Shown here in pieces: positions 49,401 to 58,274 of a DNA stretch of 58,500 nucleotides. The DNA is from Comamonadaceae bacterium. Its GTDB lineage: Bacteria > Pseudomonadota > Gammaproteobacteria > Burkholderiales > Burkholderiaceae_C. Where the stretch lies: contig CANCJD010000001.1 of the NCBI GenBank assembly GCA_947378275.1, forward strand, positions 1 to 58,500. Reading direction: 5' to 3'. Both the position numbers and the translations under genes were made by a program. How positions within the stretch are numbered: the stretch's first letter is position 1; the number at the start of each line of letters is the position of its first letter. Under the pieces are notes generated by a model that saw nothing but the letters and a program-made list of their open reading frames with translations, did not search any database and had not been told where the DNA came from.

Positions 49401-51788
49401 ATGACACCTTCGCGCTCTGCTGCATCCTTGGTCCAGGCCCGTGCATGGAGCCCGGAGTTCGAGACCGAAGACGCCTTGGACGCTGAATTGCTCCCGGTGT
49501 TTTTGGAAGAGGGCGCCGAGTTGCTTTCCTTGCTGGGCAGCAACTTGCATCACTGGGCACAAGAGCCAGAGCAGCCGCAGTTCCGCGCACAAGTACTGCG
49601 CGTGTTGCACACCCTTAAGGGCAGCGCCCGGCTGGCCGGCGGACTGCGTCTGGGAGAGCTTGCCCACCGCATGGAGTCCACGGTAGAAGGGCTTGATCTG
49701 GAATTTTCGCCGCCGCTGGCCGCGCTGGAGCCGTGCCTGCAGGAATTCGATCAGATCAAAGCCTGCTTCGAGGCCTTGGCCGATCTGTCCGCGCCCCACG
49801 AGCCCGAGGTACACCTGCCCGCGCTGCATTCAGTGGGGGCGTCAGCATCGCCAGCCGGCGTGCCCAGCGACAGCAGCGCACCCGCCATGACCGATGCTTT
49901 AGCTTCGTCGCCCCGCGCTTCGGCCAAGCAGTTGGTGCGCGTTCGTGCCCAGACCCTGGACCGCCTGATCGACCAGGCCGCAGAGGTGATGATCAGCCGC
50001 GCGCGCGCGGACGGCCACGTGATGCAAATGCGCAATACCTTGGGCGACCTGGGGCGTAATGTTGATCGCCTGCGCCAGCAGTTGCGCGATATGGAGTTGC
50101 AGGCAGAGCTGCAAATGCAGTCGGGCCTCACGCAGCCCCAGGACTCCCGGGCGGCCTTTGATCCGCTTGAACTGGACCGTTTTACGCGGGTGCAAGAAGT
50201 CGCGCGCATGATGGCAGAGTCGGTCAGTGACGTGGAAGCCATGCAGCGCAGCTTGCAAAGCTCGGTGGACGGCGCATTAGAAGATTTGTTCACCCAGGGG
50301 CGGCGGGCCAAGCTGCTAACCCACGATTTGCTGCGCATGCGGCTGCTCGAGTTTGAGGCGCTGTCGGACCGACTCTATGCGGTGGTTCGCCAGGCTTCCA
50401 AAGGCACAGGCAAGCAAGTCCGGCTGGACATCGTAGGCGGTGCCACTGAAATCGACCGCGGCGTGCTGGAGCGTATGACGCCCGCATTTGAGCATCTTCT
50501 GCGCAATGCGGTGGTGCATGGCATTGAGCCCGCCGAAGTGCGCCAGGCGTCTGGCAAGCCTGCGGTTGGCGCCTTGTCCATTACCGTGCAACAGGATGGC
50601 AGCGATGTGTCCGTCACTTTTGCAGACGATGGCGCGGGCTTGCAGATCGACAAAATCCGTGCCCGTGCAGTGGCGTCCGGTTTGCTCCTCCCCGACCAAA
50701 CGCTCAACCTCCCTGAAGCAGCCCGCCTGTTGTTTATCCCCGGTTTTTCTACGGCAGATGAGCTTACTGAACTGGCAGGCCGGGGCATCGGCATGGACGT
50801 AGTCTTGTCCGAGCTGAGCGCCATTGGCGGGCGCATCGAAACCAGCTCGCAGCCCGGCATGGGCACCTCCTTCAAGGTGGTTTTCCCCTTGACCACCGCA
50901 GTCACCCAAGTGGTCATGCTGCGCATGGGAACGCTCACTATCGGCGTTCCCGCCAACCTGTTAGAAACCGTGCTGCGTGTGCCTCGTGACGCCCTGGACC
51001 AGTCCTATGCCACCGCAAGTCTGGCCGACGCAGATCGGCCTGCGGTTCCTTTTTATTGGGGCGGCGCGCTGCTAAAGGCCTCGACTCGCAGCTATGGCAA
51101 CAAGGCGACGCTTCGCCAACATGCGGTGGCCGTGATCCGCAGCGCCGGCCAGCGCGTTGCGCTGCACGTCGACGAGGTCTTGGGTAGTCGAGAGGTCGTG
51201 GTGAAAAACCTGGGCCCCCAACTGTCCTACCTCCCGGGTCTGACCGGGATGTCGGTGTTGGCGTCGGGTGCCGTGGTCTTGATCTACAACCCCGTAGCGC
51301 TTGCAAGCGTGTTCGGCGAGGCCGCGCGCCGCGTTCAGGCAACGGCCACCGCGAGCGCCTTTAACGGGCAGGAGTTGCCAAGCTCAGACGCCCAAGAGTC
51401 GCAGGCATTGGCGCCTTTGATCCTGGTGGTGGACGATTCCATTACGGTGCGCCGCGTTACCCAGCGCCTGCTTCACCGCGAAGGTTACAGGGTCGCCTTG
51501 GCAGGCGATGGCTTGCAGGCGCTGGAGCTATTGCAAGACGAACGCCCGGCGGTCGTGCTCTCGGATATCGAAATGCCCCGCATGGACGGTATGGAGCTTA
51601 CGCGCCAGATTCGCCGGACCCCGGCGTTCGCCGACCTGCCCATCATCGTCATCACCTCGCGCATTGCCCAAAAGCACCGGGATTACGCTGCAGCACTGGG
51701 AGTGAATCATTATTTGGGCAAGCCCTATTCCGAGTCGGAGCTGCTTGGCCTGATTCGTACGCATTGCACTGCCACTGCGCTGGCTTGA
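46464..51788 (+). CDS. chpA: CheA-like hybrid kinase ChpA (PilL)
   Basis: Several Hpt domains (FHTLKGSAR, AHSLQGS, LHTLKGSAR), FDPLELDRFT, EHLLRNAVVHGIE, DDGAG, GRGIGMDVV, CheW domain and C-terminal receiver; alternative start 46497. Confidence 0.92.
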   Translation: MNLALHPIAQSMATVPAVNPHVGTPPDLGPLAWVLEDLRTSLMGAGKAIHRFVWDEKTGANGHLTNPDTRELRQARQKFHQSAGALEMVGQPRVAMLTRALETLAEKFVQWPDVCTEDAARRVEHASRAVLEYVEGLLKGKRASPVALFPQQRAVMELCGAERIHPADLWDHEWQWRPVDLPAALVPLHYSPAVRAGLGESLLPILKTLDAACATQVAGLCAGLAAGESLLEGRIFWAFATGFFEAIAWGRLPDDVYVRRSAAKIMAQYALMATGQVASLDVMVQELMFFCAFADPPEGDAAPLLKEVRRAYRLGIHQGIDYEAAPFGRFDPTQLALARKRLGAAAETWSAVAGGDLSRCAAVVEQFALVADTVAKLHSDNLALVMALSAAAQATARADAVPNSAIAIEVATSLLYLEAVYDDLDAAGHTMEQRSTRLATRLQKVCTGGVAEPIESWMEELYRRVSDRKTMGSVVVELCRSLAEVEKSLDSFIRNPADALALQPVSTVLMQMRGVFSVLGLEQAALAALRMRVSIERLLLPTAGSPESSKALVFQLVSSLSCMGFLIDMLGYQPALAKDLFVFDEALGEFKPRMDRENSLAQRARLSFPPVPEVPQAPMQEAASTASDTADKEGDGEIRSIFLTEARDVLQSGMQAVDALALAPANFSALSTLRRAFHTLKGSARMVDLHDLGEAAWSFEQLLNDRLAERLPASDALVGLCKDAVQALGTWIDAVSLNQTSPVAALEFRHCADSLRLRHHYDPFPGMARAQASEPHAASIYQSAADSTGVPQILAQPDVVVGHLRLSADFFEVFVEEARSWTQQLQSELAQWDASILQTGPRGVAALAHSLQGSAAAVGFTGLWELARALEQALDHLELHGVCADPCKSVLCDAAHETTRLLACFSIGTLVEPHPAVLQSLADLVHGRVGLGGSVLVHQEQGETTEGIETFEALVPLDPPPPVPYAPVAVAVAVPGTAPMTPSRSAASLVQARAWSPEFETEDALDAELLPVFLEEGAELLSLLGSNLHHWAQEPEQPQFRAQVLRVLHTLKGSARLAGGLRLGELAHRMESTVEGLDLEFSPPLAALEPCLQEFDQIKACFEALADLSAPHEPEVHLPALHSVGASASPAGVPSDSSAPAMTDALASSPRASAKQLVRVRAQTLDRLIDQAAEVMISRARADGHVMQMRNTLGDLGRNVDRLRQQLRDMELQAELQMQSGLTQPQDSRAAFDPLELDRFTRVQEVARMMAESVSDVEAMQRSLQSSVDGALEDLFTQGRRAKLLTHDLLRMRLLEFEALSDRLYAVVRQASKGTGKQVRLDIVGGATEIDRGVLERMTPAFEHLLRNAVVHGIEPAEVRQASGKPAVGALSITVQQDGSDVSVTFADDGAGLQIDKIRARAVASGLLLPDQTLNLPEAARLLFIPGFSTADELTELAGRGIGMDVVLSELSAIGGRIETSSQPGMGTSFKVVFPLTTAVTQVVMLRMGTLTIGVPANLLETVLRVPRDALDQSYATASLADADRPAVPFYWGGALLKASTRSYGNKATLRQHAVAVIRSAGQRVALHVDEVLGSREVVVKNLGPQLSYLPGLTGMSVLASGAVVLIYNPVALASVFGEAARRVQATATASAFNGQELPSSDAQESQALAPLILVVDDSITVRRVTQRLLHREGYRVALAGDGLQALELLQDERPAVVLSDIEMPRMDGMELTRQIRRTPAFADLPIIVITSRIAQKHRDYAAALGVNHYLGKPYSESELLGLIRTHCTATALA

Positions 51789-51792
51789 AAAC

Positions 51793-52185
51793 TTGATTGA
51801 TCAAAGCCAGGAAACCTATGGCCAAGAAACTGGGGATAGGACCGCTTCTCGCCATGTTGGTTACCTGCAGCCTTGCGCAATCGGAGTCAAACTGATTCGG
51901 TTGGCCACATTGGAGTGGCCGCCTTTAACGGGCTTGCTCCTGCCTAAAGAAGGCGTCTCGACTTACATTGCCTCTAGCGTGGCCAAAACGGCGGGCTGTC
52001 GCCTGCTGGCGGCCTCGTTTGAATGGACCAAGGCGTTGGAAAAGGGTAAGCAAAGTCCGGAGTTTGACGGCTACTTTCCCGAGTATTTCAGCCAAGAGCG
52101 CGCCGCCGCCTGCCGCGCAGTAAGCCCGCCGGGTGCGGTGACCGTACTGGCCTGTGAAATCGCGCAGGTCTCACAGCGCTTTTAA
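51793..52185 (+). pseudogene. probable remnant of a family 3 ABC substrate-binding protein
   Basis: IRLATLEWPP..G..G...F-W..A..FDGYFPEY matches the N-terminal half of such SBPs; no signal peptide, truncated, runs into the dsbD 3' end. Confidence 0.5.
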
Positions 52186-54459
52186 AGCGGCGTGCAAGTC
52201 CGCTGCCGACAATATTTCAGACATCACCACAGCCGCTTTGCCTGGCGCGTAAAGCACGTAGACCGGCACGCCGCTGCGGCCCAATTCCGCCAGGGCTTGG
52301 GTGATCGCCGGGTCGCGCTGCGTCCAGTCCGCGCGCAACAGACTTACCCTGCGGGCGGCAAAGTCTTGCAGTACTGCGTCTTGGGACAGTGTGGTTTGCT
52401 TGTTGTATTGGCAGGTGATGCACCAAGCGGCTGTAAAGTCGACAAACACCGGGTGGCCGGCCTGCAGTTCGGTGCTTACGCGCTTGGCGCTCCATGCTTG
52501 CCATGCACCCTGGACTGCGCTATCAGACGCCAGGGGGGGCTCTGCGGGTGCTGCCGGCGTTTGCAGTACGTTTGGCCCCACCGTCCGCAGCGCCGCCAGT
52601 GAAAGCGCCAAGGCCAAGGTGGCAAATACCCAGCGGCTGCGTCCTTGCAGGTTCAGTGCCCAGACGGTAAGCGCCATGCACCACAGCAGCACGGTCAAGG
52701 AGGCCGCCGCATCCATGCCGTCCAAGTGACCCAGCACCCACACCAGCCACAGCACGGTCGCGGCCATCGGAAAGGCCATGAACTGGCGCAAGTGCAGCAT
52801 CCAGACGCCGGGCCGAGGCAGTAAGCGCGCCAGTTGCGGCAAGCTGCTCGCCAGCGCAAATGGCAGCGCCAACCCCAGCCCCAGTGCCACAAAAATGCCC
52901 ATGGCCTGCCAGGTCGGCAAGGTCAGCGCCAGCCCCAAAGAGGCGCCCATAAAGGGCGCGGTGCAGGGCGATGCCACCGCCACCGCCAGCACGCCCGAGA
53001 GCGCCGCATCGGCCGCCGGATGGCGCAACTGCAGCCCCGCCAGGCCACTGGGCACCAGGTTGCCCCATTCGAGCAAGCCCAGCAGGTTCAGGGCGATCAG
53101 CGTAAACAGCACGGCCAGCGCGCTCACCACGGCGGGGGACTGCAGCTGAAAGCCCCATCCCAGCTGCTCGCCCCCGGCGCGCAGCGCCAACAAGGCGCCA
53201 CCCAGCGCGGCCATCGACAGCACCACGCCAGCCGTATAGGCCATACCAATCACGCGTCGTGAGACGCTGCCCTCGTCCGAATGGCTGGCAAAGCCCAGCA
53301 CCTTGATGGCCAGTACTGGAAACACGCAGGGCATCAAATTCAGAATCAGGCCACCCACAAAGGCAGCCACCAGCGCCCACCACAGGCCGCCGGTATCACC
53401 AGGCGCCGCTAGGGCGCGCAAAGGCGCTGTCGCCACGTCGCTGCTTGCGGGCGCGGACGTCGCCTTGTCAGGCCAGGTGCCGCTGACATCGGCCAACGTC
53501 TGCACGCTCAGGCCGTCTAGCGCCAACAGCAGGCCGATCTGCGCTGGGCGCGCGCTGCGCTGGGGCGACAAGGGTAAACGCGCGCTCCAAGTCGCGCCTC
53601 GCCAGGTTTGCGTTCCCGCCTCGGGTGGGGCGGCGGTTGCCGCGCCCGTGATCTCAGTCTTGCGCACCGGGTCGCTCGGCGTGGCACTGGCGGTAGTGAC
53701 AAACACGTCTACCGCCTCGGGAAACACCGCAATCGCCTTGCCCTGCCATTGCGGGGGCAGACCCTGCGCACTCAGCAGCAGACTTTCGCCATCAAGTTGC
53801 GCCTGCACTTTGCCCACCAGTGGCGTGGGGCGTGCGGCGCGGGCCGCGTCAAACAGTGTGCGCTGCGTTGCCACTGAGCCTTGCAGGGGCAGGCGCAGTT
53901 CAAATTCACCGTCCTGCGGAATGCATTCGGTGCGGCACACCAGCCAGGACGCGCTTAGGTGCACGGCGATGTCGCTGGCGCTGGGCGTTGGGCGAAAGCT
54001 GGGAGTGACGGTCACGGTTACCGGCAGCAAGACCGTGTCTTCGTAGCCAAAATTGGCCAGCCGCCCGATCTTGATCTTGTGTGGCGTGGGCCAGTGCACT
54101 GCGCTGGTTTGCAGGCCCTCGGGCAAGGTCCAGCGCAGCTCGGTGGGCAGGCCCGAGTCGCCGGGGTTTTTCCAGTAGGTGTGCCATCCCGGCTGGTGTT
54201 GCAGCAGCAGGCCTAGTTCCACCGGCGCGCCTTTACCAACGCCTTGGGGCGCATAAGCCACCAATTCGGCGCGCACCTCGGGCGTTTGCACCACGGCGCC
54301 AGTGGACGCTTGTAAATCGAGCCGGGGCTGGGCAGCGCTTGCGGCAAACGCGGGAGCCAAGCAGGCGATCGCCCACAGCAGCGCATGCCTGCTTGCCGCA
54401 CGGCGCATCAGGCGACCTAGGGCGGACAACGGGGTGGAAAAGGCAAAGTGCGACGGCAT
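52171..54459 (-). CDS. dsbD: protein-disulfide reductase DsbD family
   Basis: GWHTYWKNPGDSG and WLVC..C N-domain, NLMPCVFP / SPCTAPFMG membrane domain, DFTAAWCITC thioredoxin domain. Confidence 0.9.
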   Translation of the reverse strand: MPSHFAFSTPLSALGRLMRRAASRHALLWAIACLAPAFAASAAQPRLDLQASTGAVVQTPEVRAELVAYAPQGVGKGAPVELGLLLQHQPGWHTYWKNPGDSGLPTELRWTLPEGLQTSAVHWPTPHKIKIGRLANFGYEDTVLLPVTVTVTPSFRPTPSASDIAVHLSASWLVCRTECIPQDGEFELRLPLQGSVATQRTLFDAARAARPTPLVGKVQAQLDGESLLLSAQGLPPQWQGKAIAVFPEAVDVFVTTASATPSDPVRKTEITGAATAAPPEAGTQTWRGATWSARLPLSPQRSARPAQIGLLLALDGLSVQTLADVSGTWPDKATSAPASSDVATAPLRALAAPGDTGGLWWALVAAFVGGLILNLMPCVFPVLAIKVLGFASHSDEGSVSRRVIGMAYTAGVVLSMAALGGALLALRAGGEQLGWGFQLQSPAVVSALAVLFTLIALNLLGLLEWGNLVPSGLAGLQLRHPAADAALSGVLAVAVASPCTAPFMGASLGLALTLPTWQAMGIFVALGLGLALPFALASSLPQLARLLPRPGVWMLHLRQFMAFPMAATVLWLVWVLGHLDGMDAAASLTVLLWCMALTVWALNLQGRSRWVFATLALALSLAALRTVGPNVLQTPAAPAEPPLASDSAVQGAWQAWSAKRVSTELQAGHPVFVDFTAAWCITCQYNKQTTLSQDAVLQDFAARRVSLLRADWTQRDPAITQALAELGRSGVPVYVLYAPGKAAVVMSEILSAADLHAALKAL

Positions 54460-54525
54460 TGAATGGTTCAGTCAAAAAGCCCGCTGCACAAGCGGCGGCG
54501 CTGGCACGATTGTGGCAGTTCGCAG

Positions 54526-54837
54526 CTAAACCGGCGGCGTGGTGAATACGGCCGGGAGTTTTTTGGGAGACTGGATGCGCAACTGCTTGTTGACGTTTTC
54601 TTGCCCGAACACCACCTCAATGTCGCGCACCGCCACGCCAAACAGCGGCGCCAGAAAGCGCACCATGTGGTCCGTGGCCTTGCCGTTTTGCGGCGCTGCG
54701 GTCACGCTCACCTTGAGCTGCGTGCCCTTGGGCTTGCCAATCGCATCTTTGCTGGCCGCCGGTTTGCCCAAGATATTGACCACCAGAACGTCGCCGTCCC
54801 AGGCAAAAAAGGATTCTCCGGTGCTGTTGCGTGCCAT
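54526..54837 (-). CDS. DUF167 (UPF0235/YggU) family protein
   Basis: LKVSVTAAP-NGKA, G-ENVNKQL. Confidence 0.85.
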   Translation of the reverse strand: MARNSTGESFFAWDGDVLVVNILGKPAASKDAIGKPKGTQLKVSVTAAPQNGKATDHMVRFLAPLFGVAVRDIEVVFGQENVNKQLRIQSPKKLPAVFTTPPV

Positions 54838-54854
54838 GCTTTGATAATAGGGCC

Positions 54855-56435
54855 ATGCCGCACCGCATCGTCCTGGCCACTTTGAACGCCAAATACATCC
54901 ACGCCTCCCTGGGCTTGCGGTATTTGCGCGCCAATATGGCGCGCCATGGCGGCGCCGACCTGGACGCCCGCACCACGCTGCAGGAATTCACCATTCACCG
55001 CGCCCCGCAAGACATCGTGGACTCCTTGGCGGCTGCGCTCGGTCCAGCTCAGCCCGGGGCCGTGCGCATTGTGGGTTTTGGCATCTATATATGGAACGTT
55101 GTTCCCAGCACTGCGGTGATCTCCCTGCTCAAGGCGCAGCGCCCTGACGTGCAGGTGGTGCTTGGCGGCCCAGAAGTCAGCCATGAGCTGGCCGACCAAG
55201 CCATCGTCGCCTTAGCCGACTATGTGATTACCGGCTGGGGCGACGTCGGCTTCCCTAAACTTTGCCGCGCTCTGGTGCATGGCCCCCGGCCGCTGATGAA
55301 GGTGATCGCCGGGGAACAGCCCTCGCTGGACGACATTGCCTTGCCCTACGCCCAGTACAGCGACACTGACCTGGCGCAGCGGGTGCTTTACGTGGAGGCC
55401 TCGCGCGGCTGCCCCTTCAAATGCGAGTTTTGTCTCAGCGCCCTGGACAAGACTGCCTGGGCGTTTGACCTGGAGGCCTTTTTGGCCGAACTTGCGGCGC
55501 TCTACGCCCGGGGTGCGCGCACCTTTAAATTTGTGGACCGCACCTTCAACCTCAAAATCGACGCCTCGGTGCAGATTCTGGAGTTCTTTTTGGCCCGGCT
55601 GGACGCCGAGCCACAAGAGCCGCTGTTTGTGCACTTCGAACTGGTGCCCGACCAATTGCCCGAGCGGCTTAAGGCCTGCATCGCCCGTTTTCCCGCCGGT
55701 GTGCTGCAGTTCGAAATCGGCATCCAAAGCCTCAATCCGGCGGTGCAACACGCCATTTCCCGCCGCCAGGATGCCGCCAAAACCGAGGCCAATCTGCGCT
55801 GGCTCGTCACCGCCAGCCACGCGCATTTGCATACCGATCTGATTTTTGGCCTGCCCGGCGAGAGCTGGGAAAGCTTTGGCAAGGGCTTTGACACGCTGTG
55901 GTCCTGGCGCCCGCACGAAATCCAGCTCGGCGTGCTCAAGCGCCTGCGCGGCACGCCGCTGGCCACCAAGATCTTGCCTGGCATGGTCTTTGACTCCGCG
56001 CCGCCCTACACCGTGGTGCAGACCGACGCCGTCAGCGCCGCACAGGTGCAGGCTTTTGTCCGCCTGGCCCGCTATTGGGACTTGGTCGCCAACTCCGGGC
56101 GCTTTGGCCTAACGCTGGCTTTGCTGCTGGACGCGCCTTCGCCGTTTCTGGCTTTTGCCGCGTTTGCCGACTGGCTGTGGCGCAGCCAGCAGCGCACCAG
56201 CGGCTTGACGCCCGAGCTATTGGTGGACGCGCTGTTTGACTATCTCTGCCATGAGCGCGCCTTGCCACCTGTCGCAGTGCGCGCCGCCTTGTTGGCAGAC
56301 TATGTGGGCAGTGGCGCCCGCGCGTCGCCACTGGCATTGCTAGGCCATTTGCCCCGCCAAGCCGCGCCCGTAGCAGGAACGGCTGTTCGGAACACCGAGC
56401 GCCAGCAGCGCCACGCTGTCCCCGCCACGCCCTGA
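54855..56435 (+). CDS. cobalamin-binding radical SAM protein (DUF4080-type)
   Basis: LNAKYIH-SLG, GIYIWN, LGGPEVS, EASRGCPFKCEFC (CxxxCxxC), DRTFN, EIGIQS, DLIFGLPGE. Confidence 0.88.
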   Translation: MPHRIVLATLNAKYIHASLGLRYLRANMARHGGADLDARTTLQEFTIHRAPQDIVDSLAAALGPAQPGAVRIVGFGIYIWNVVPSTAVISLLKAQRPDVQVVLGGPEVSHELADQAIVALADYVITGWGDVGFPKLCRALVHGPRPLMKVIAGEQPSLDDIALPYAQYSDTDLAQRVLYVEASRGCPFKCEFCLSALDKTAWAFDLEAFLAELAALYARGARTFKFVDRTFNLKIDASVQILEFFLARLDAEPQEPLFVHFELVPDQLPERLKACIARFPAGVLQFEIGIQSLNPAVQHAISRRQDAAKTEANLRWLVTASHAHLHTDLIFGLPGESWESFGKGFDTLWSWRPHEIQLGVLKRLRGTPLATKILPGMVFDSAPPYTVVQTDAVSAAQVQAFVRLARYWDLVANSGRFGLTLALLLDAPSPFLAFAAFADWLWRSQQRTSGLTPELLVDALFDYLCHERALPPVAVRAALLADYVGSGARASPLALLGHLPRQAAPVAGTAVRNTERQQRHAVPATP

Positions 56436-56479
56436 CCGATTCAGCCCGCCATCACCTGGATAACCTAGAGAGCCCTGCC

Positions 56480-57322
56480 ATGTCCAACGCCACTGCCCAT
56501 CCTTCCCGCTACTGGGCCGACCACAGCACGGCGCACTTTCAAGCCCTGCAAACCAGTGGCCGCATCGCGCAAACCATCGCCGTGCTGCCCGTGGCCGCCA
56601 CCGAGCAGCATGGACCCCACCTGCCGCTGCTGGTGGACAGTTGCATCGCCGACGGTGTCGTGGCCGCCGCCTTGTCCCACCTGGCACCCGATTCGAGCGC
56701 CTTGTTCCTGCCGACCCAGGCCGTGGGCTTTAGTCCGGAACACGCGCGCTTTGCTGGCACCCTTACGCTTAAGGCCGAGACGCTGATCCGTCTGTGGACC
56801 GACATGGGCGAGAGCGTGGCCGCTACCGGGGTCAAAAAAATGGTGATCTTCAACGCCCACGGCGGCCAGGCCAACTTCATGGATATCGTGGCGCGTGACC
56901 TGCGCGCACGTCTGGGCATGCTGGTCTTCAGTGTCAACTGGTACGGCCTGCCGCTTATCGGGCCACAAGGCGAGGACGTCAACGCCCTGTTCAGCGCCGA
57001 GGAGCACCGCTTTGGCATCCATGCCGGCGACATCGAGACCTCAATGATGCTGGCGCTGGCGCCCCACAAGGTGGATATGGACAAAGCGCAGCACTTTGCG
57101 TCCAGTTCGCAAGCCCGGGCTGCACAGTTTGACATTCTGGGCAACGGCAAATCTGCCAAGTTGGCCTGGCAGATCCAGGATTACAACGCCGCTGGCGCCG
57201 TGGGCAATGCTGCGGCTGCCACAGCCAACAAAGGCCAGCAGATCGTGCAAGCCGCCGGCCGCTCGCTGGCACAACTGCTCGCTGAGGTGCAACGCTTGCC
57301 TCTGAGCACCTTGTCACCGTAA
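56480..57322 (+). CDS. creatininase family amidohydrolase
   Basis: EQHGPHLP..D, S-EH..F-GT, NAHGG, HAG-IETS. Confidence 0.9.
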   Translation: MSNATAHPSRYWADHSTAHFQALQTSGRIAQTIAVLPVAATEQHGPHLPLLVDSCIADGVVAAALSHLAPDSSALFLPTQAVGFSPEHARFAGTLTLKAETLIRLWTDMGESVAATGVKKMVIFNAHGGQANFMDIVARDLRARLGMLVFSVNWYGLPLIGPQGEDVNALFSAEEHRFGIHAGDIETSMMLALAPHKVDMDKAQHFASSSQARAAQFDILGNGKSAKLAWQIQDYNAAGAVGNAAAATANKGQQIVQAAGRSLAQLLAEVQRLPLSTLSP

Positions 57323-57326
57323 TCAA

Positions 57327-57361
57327 CCAGCACCTACAGCCCCGCAAAAAGGCTGTGCTGG
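57327..57361. terminator. hairpin between convergent genes
   Basis: CCAGC..ACAGCC-loop-GGCTGT-GCTGG imperfect stem, no clear U tract. Confidence 0.35.
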
Positions 57362-57371
57362 CGCGGGTCAC

Positions 57372-58040
57372 TCAGGCGTAGGTGACCCAAGACGCGTACT
57401 CGGCATCATCCAGGTGGGGCAGGGTGTTGTAAGTCACCAGCATGTGCCGCTTGGGCGTAAACACCAGCTCGGTGAGCGAGCTGTTGCGGATGCGGAAATT
57501 CAGCTCCACCGTCGTCTCCGGCGTGGTTCCCAGCAAATGCCCGATGGCCGTAGAAATCGGTCCGCCGCTGCTCACGATCAGCACGTTGCCGCTGCAATTG
57601 GTGCGCACATGGTCCAACGCGCTGGTTACGCCGTGCACAAATTCCTGGTAGGTGGGCATTCCGGTGGGGCTAACGACCCCGTTCATCCACTGTGTCAGCC
57701 CGTCGCGCAGGAGGCGAAAGTGTGCGCGGTACATCTCTGGTGTGTCTGGCTTCTCCAAAGGATAAGGGTGAATCGCCTGGATCACAGCGCTGCTGTCGTA
57801 CTCGTTGAGCCCCGGCCAAACCAGCGGCTCTGCCGCAAGGCCCGCCCCCTGGGCAATCCCGCCCCAAGTCTGCGCGTGGCGGCGCAAGCTGCCCATGATC
57901 ACCGTGTCAAACCGCAGCCCCCTTTTGGCAAAGTACTCTCCCAGGCGCACGCTTTGGCGCACACCCAGTTCGCTGAGTTGGTCATAGTCTTCTGCACCAA
58001 ACGAGGCCTGGCCATGGCGCACCAAATATAGATTTCCCAT
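57372..58040 (-). CDS. histidine phosphatase (phosphoglycerate mutase-like) family protein
   Basis: LYLVRHGQASFG, LNE, VSSGG, N-S motifs. Confidence 0.88.
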   Translation of the reverse strand: MGNLYLVRHGQASFGAEDYDQLSELGVRQSVRLGEYFAKRGLRFDTVIMGSLRRHAQTWGGIAQGAGLAAEPLVWPGLNEYDSSAVIQAIHPYPLEKPDTPEMYRAHFRLLRDGLTQWMNGVVSPTGMPTYQEFVHGVTSALDHVRTNCSGNVLIVSSGGPISTAIGHLLGTTPETTVELNFRIRNSSLTELVFTPKRHMLVTYNTLPHLDDAEYASWVTYA

Positions 58041-58274
58041 AGCAGCGATTTAAGCCCAGGCCCGGTGGAACTTTTGTCCTTAGCGTGACAGCCACTTTGG
58101 CGCTAAGGAGGTCTCCCATAGCGCCTGCTGCCTCGGTCTGGCATAAAAACAAGAGAGAGGCGCCTTGAAACTGCGGTCTCAGCCTTTCACGTGCTAGCAC
58201 CCGTGCGTCTAGGATTGCCTGGTGTCTAACTGCATGTGCAGCATCCACATAGGCGAATTTCTTTTTCAAAACGC

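Noticed and set aside
54855-57322. Mycofactocin-like RiPP system (radical SAM plus creatininase)
   Set aside because: The radical SAM is B12-binding type with no SPASM domain; no precursor peptide or RRE protein.
57982-58269. 95-aa ORF upstream of the histidine phosphatase
   Set aside because: Overlaps that gene's start and the rrn upstream region; no recognisable features.
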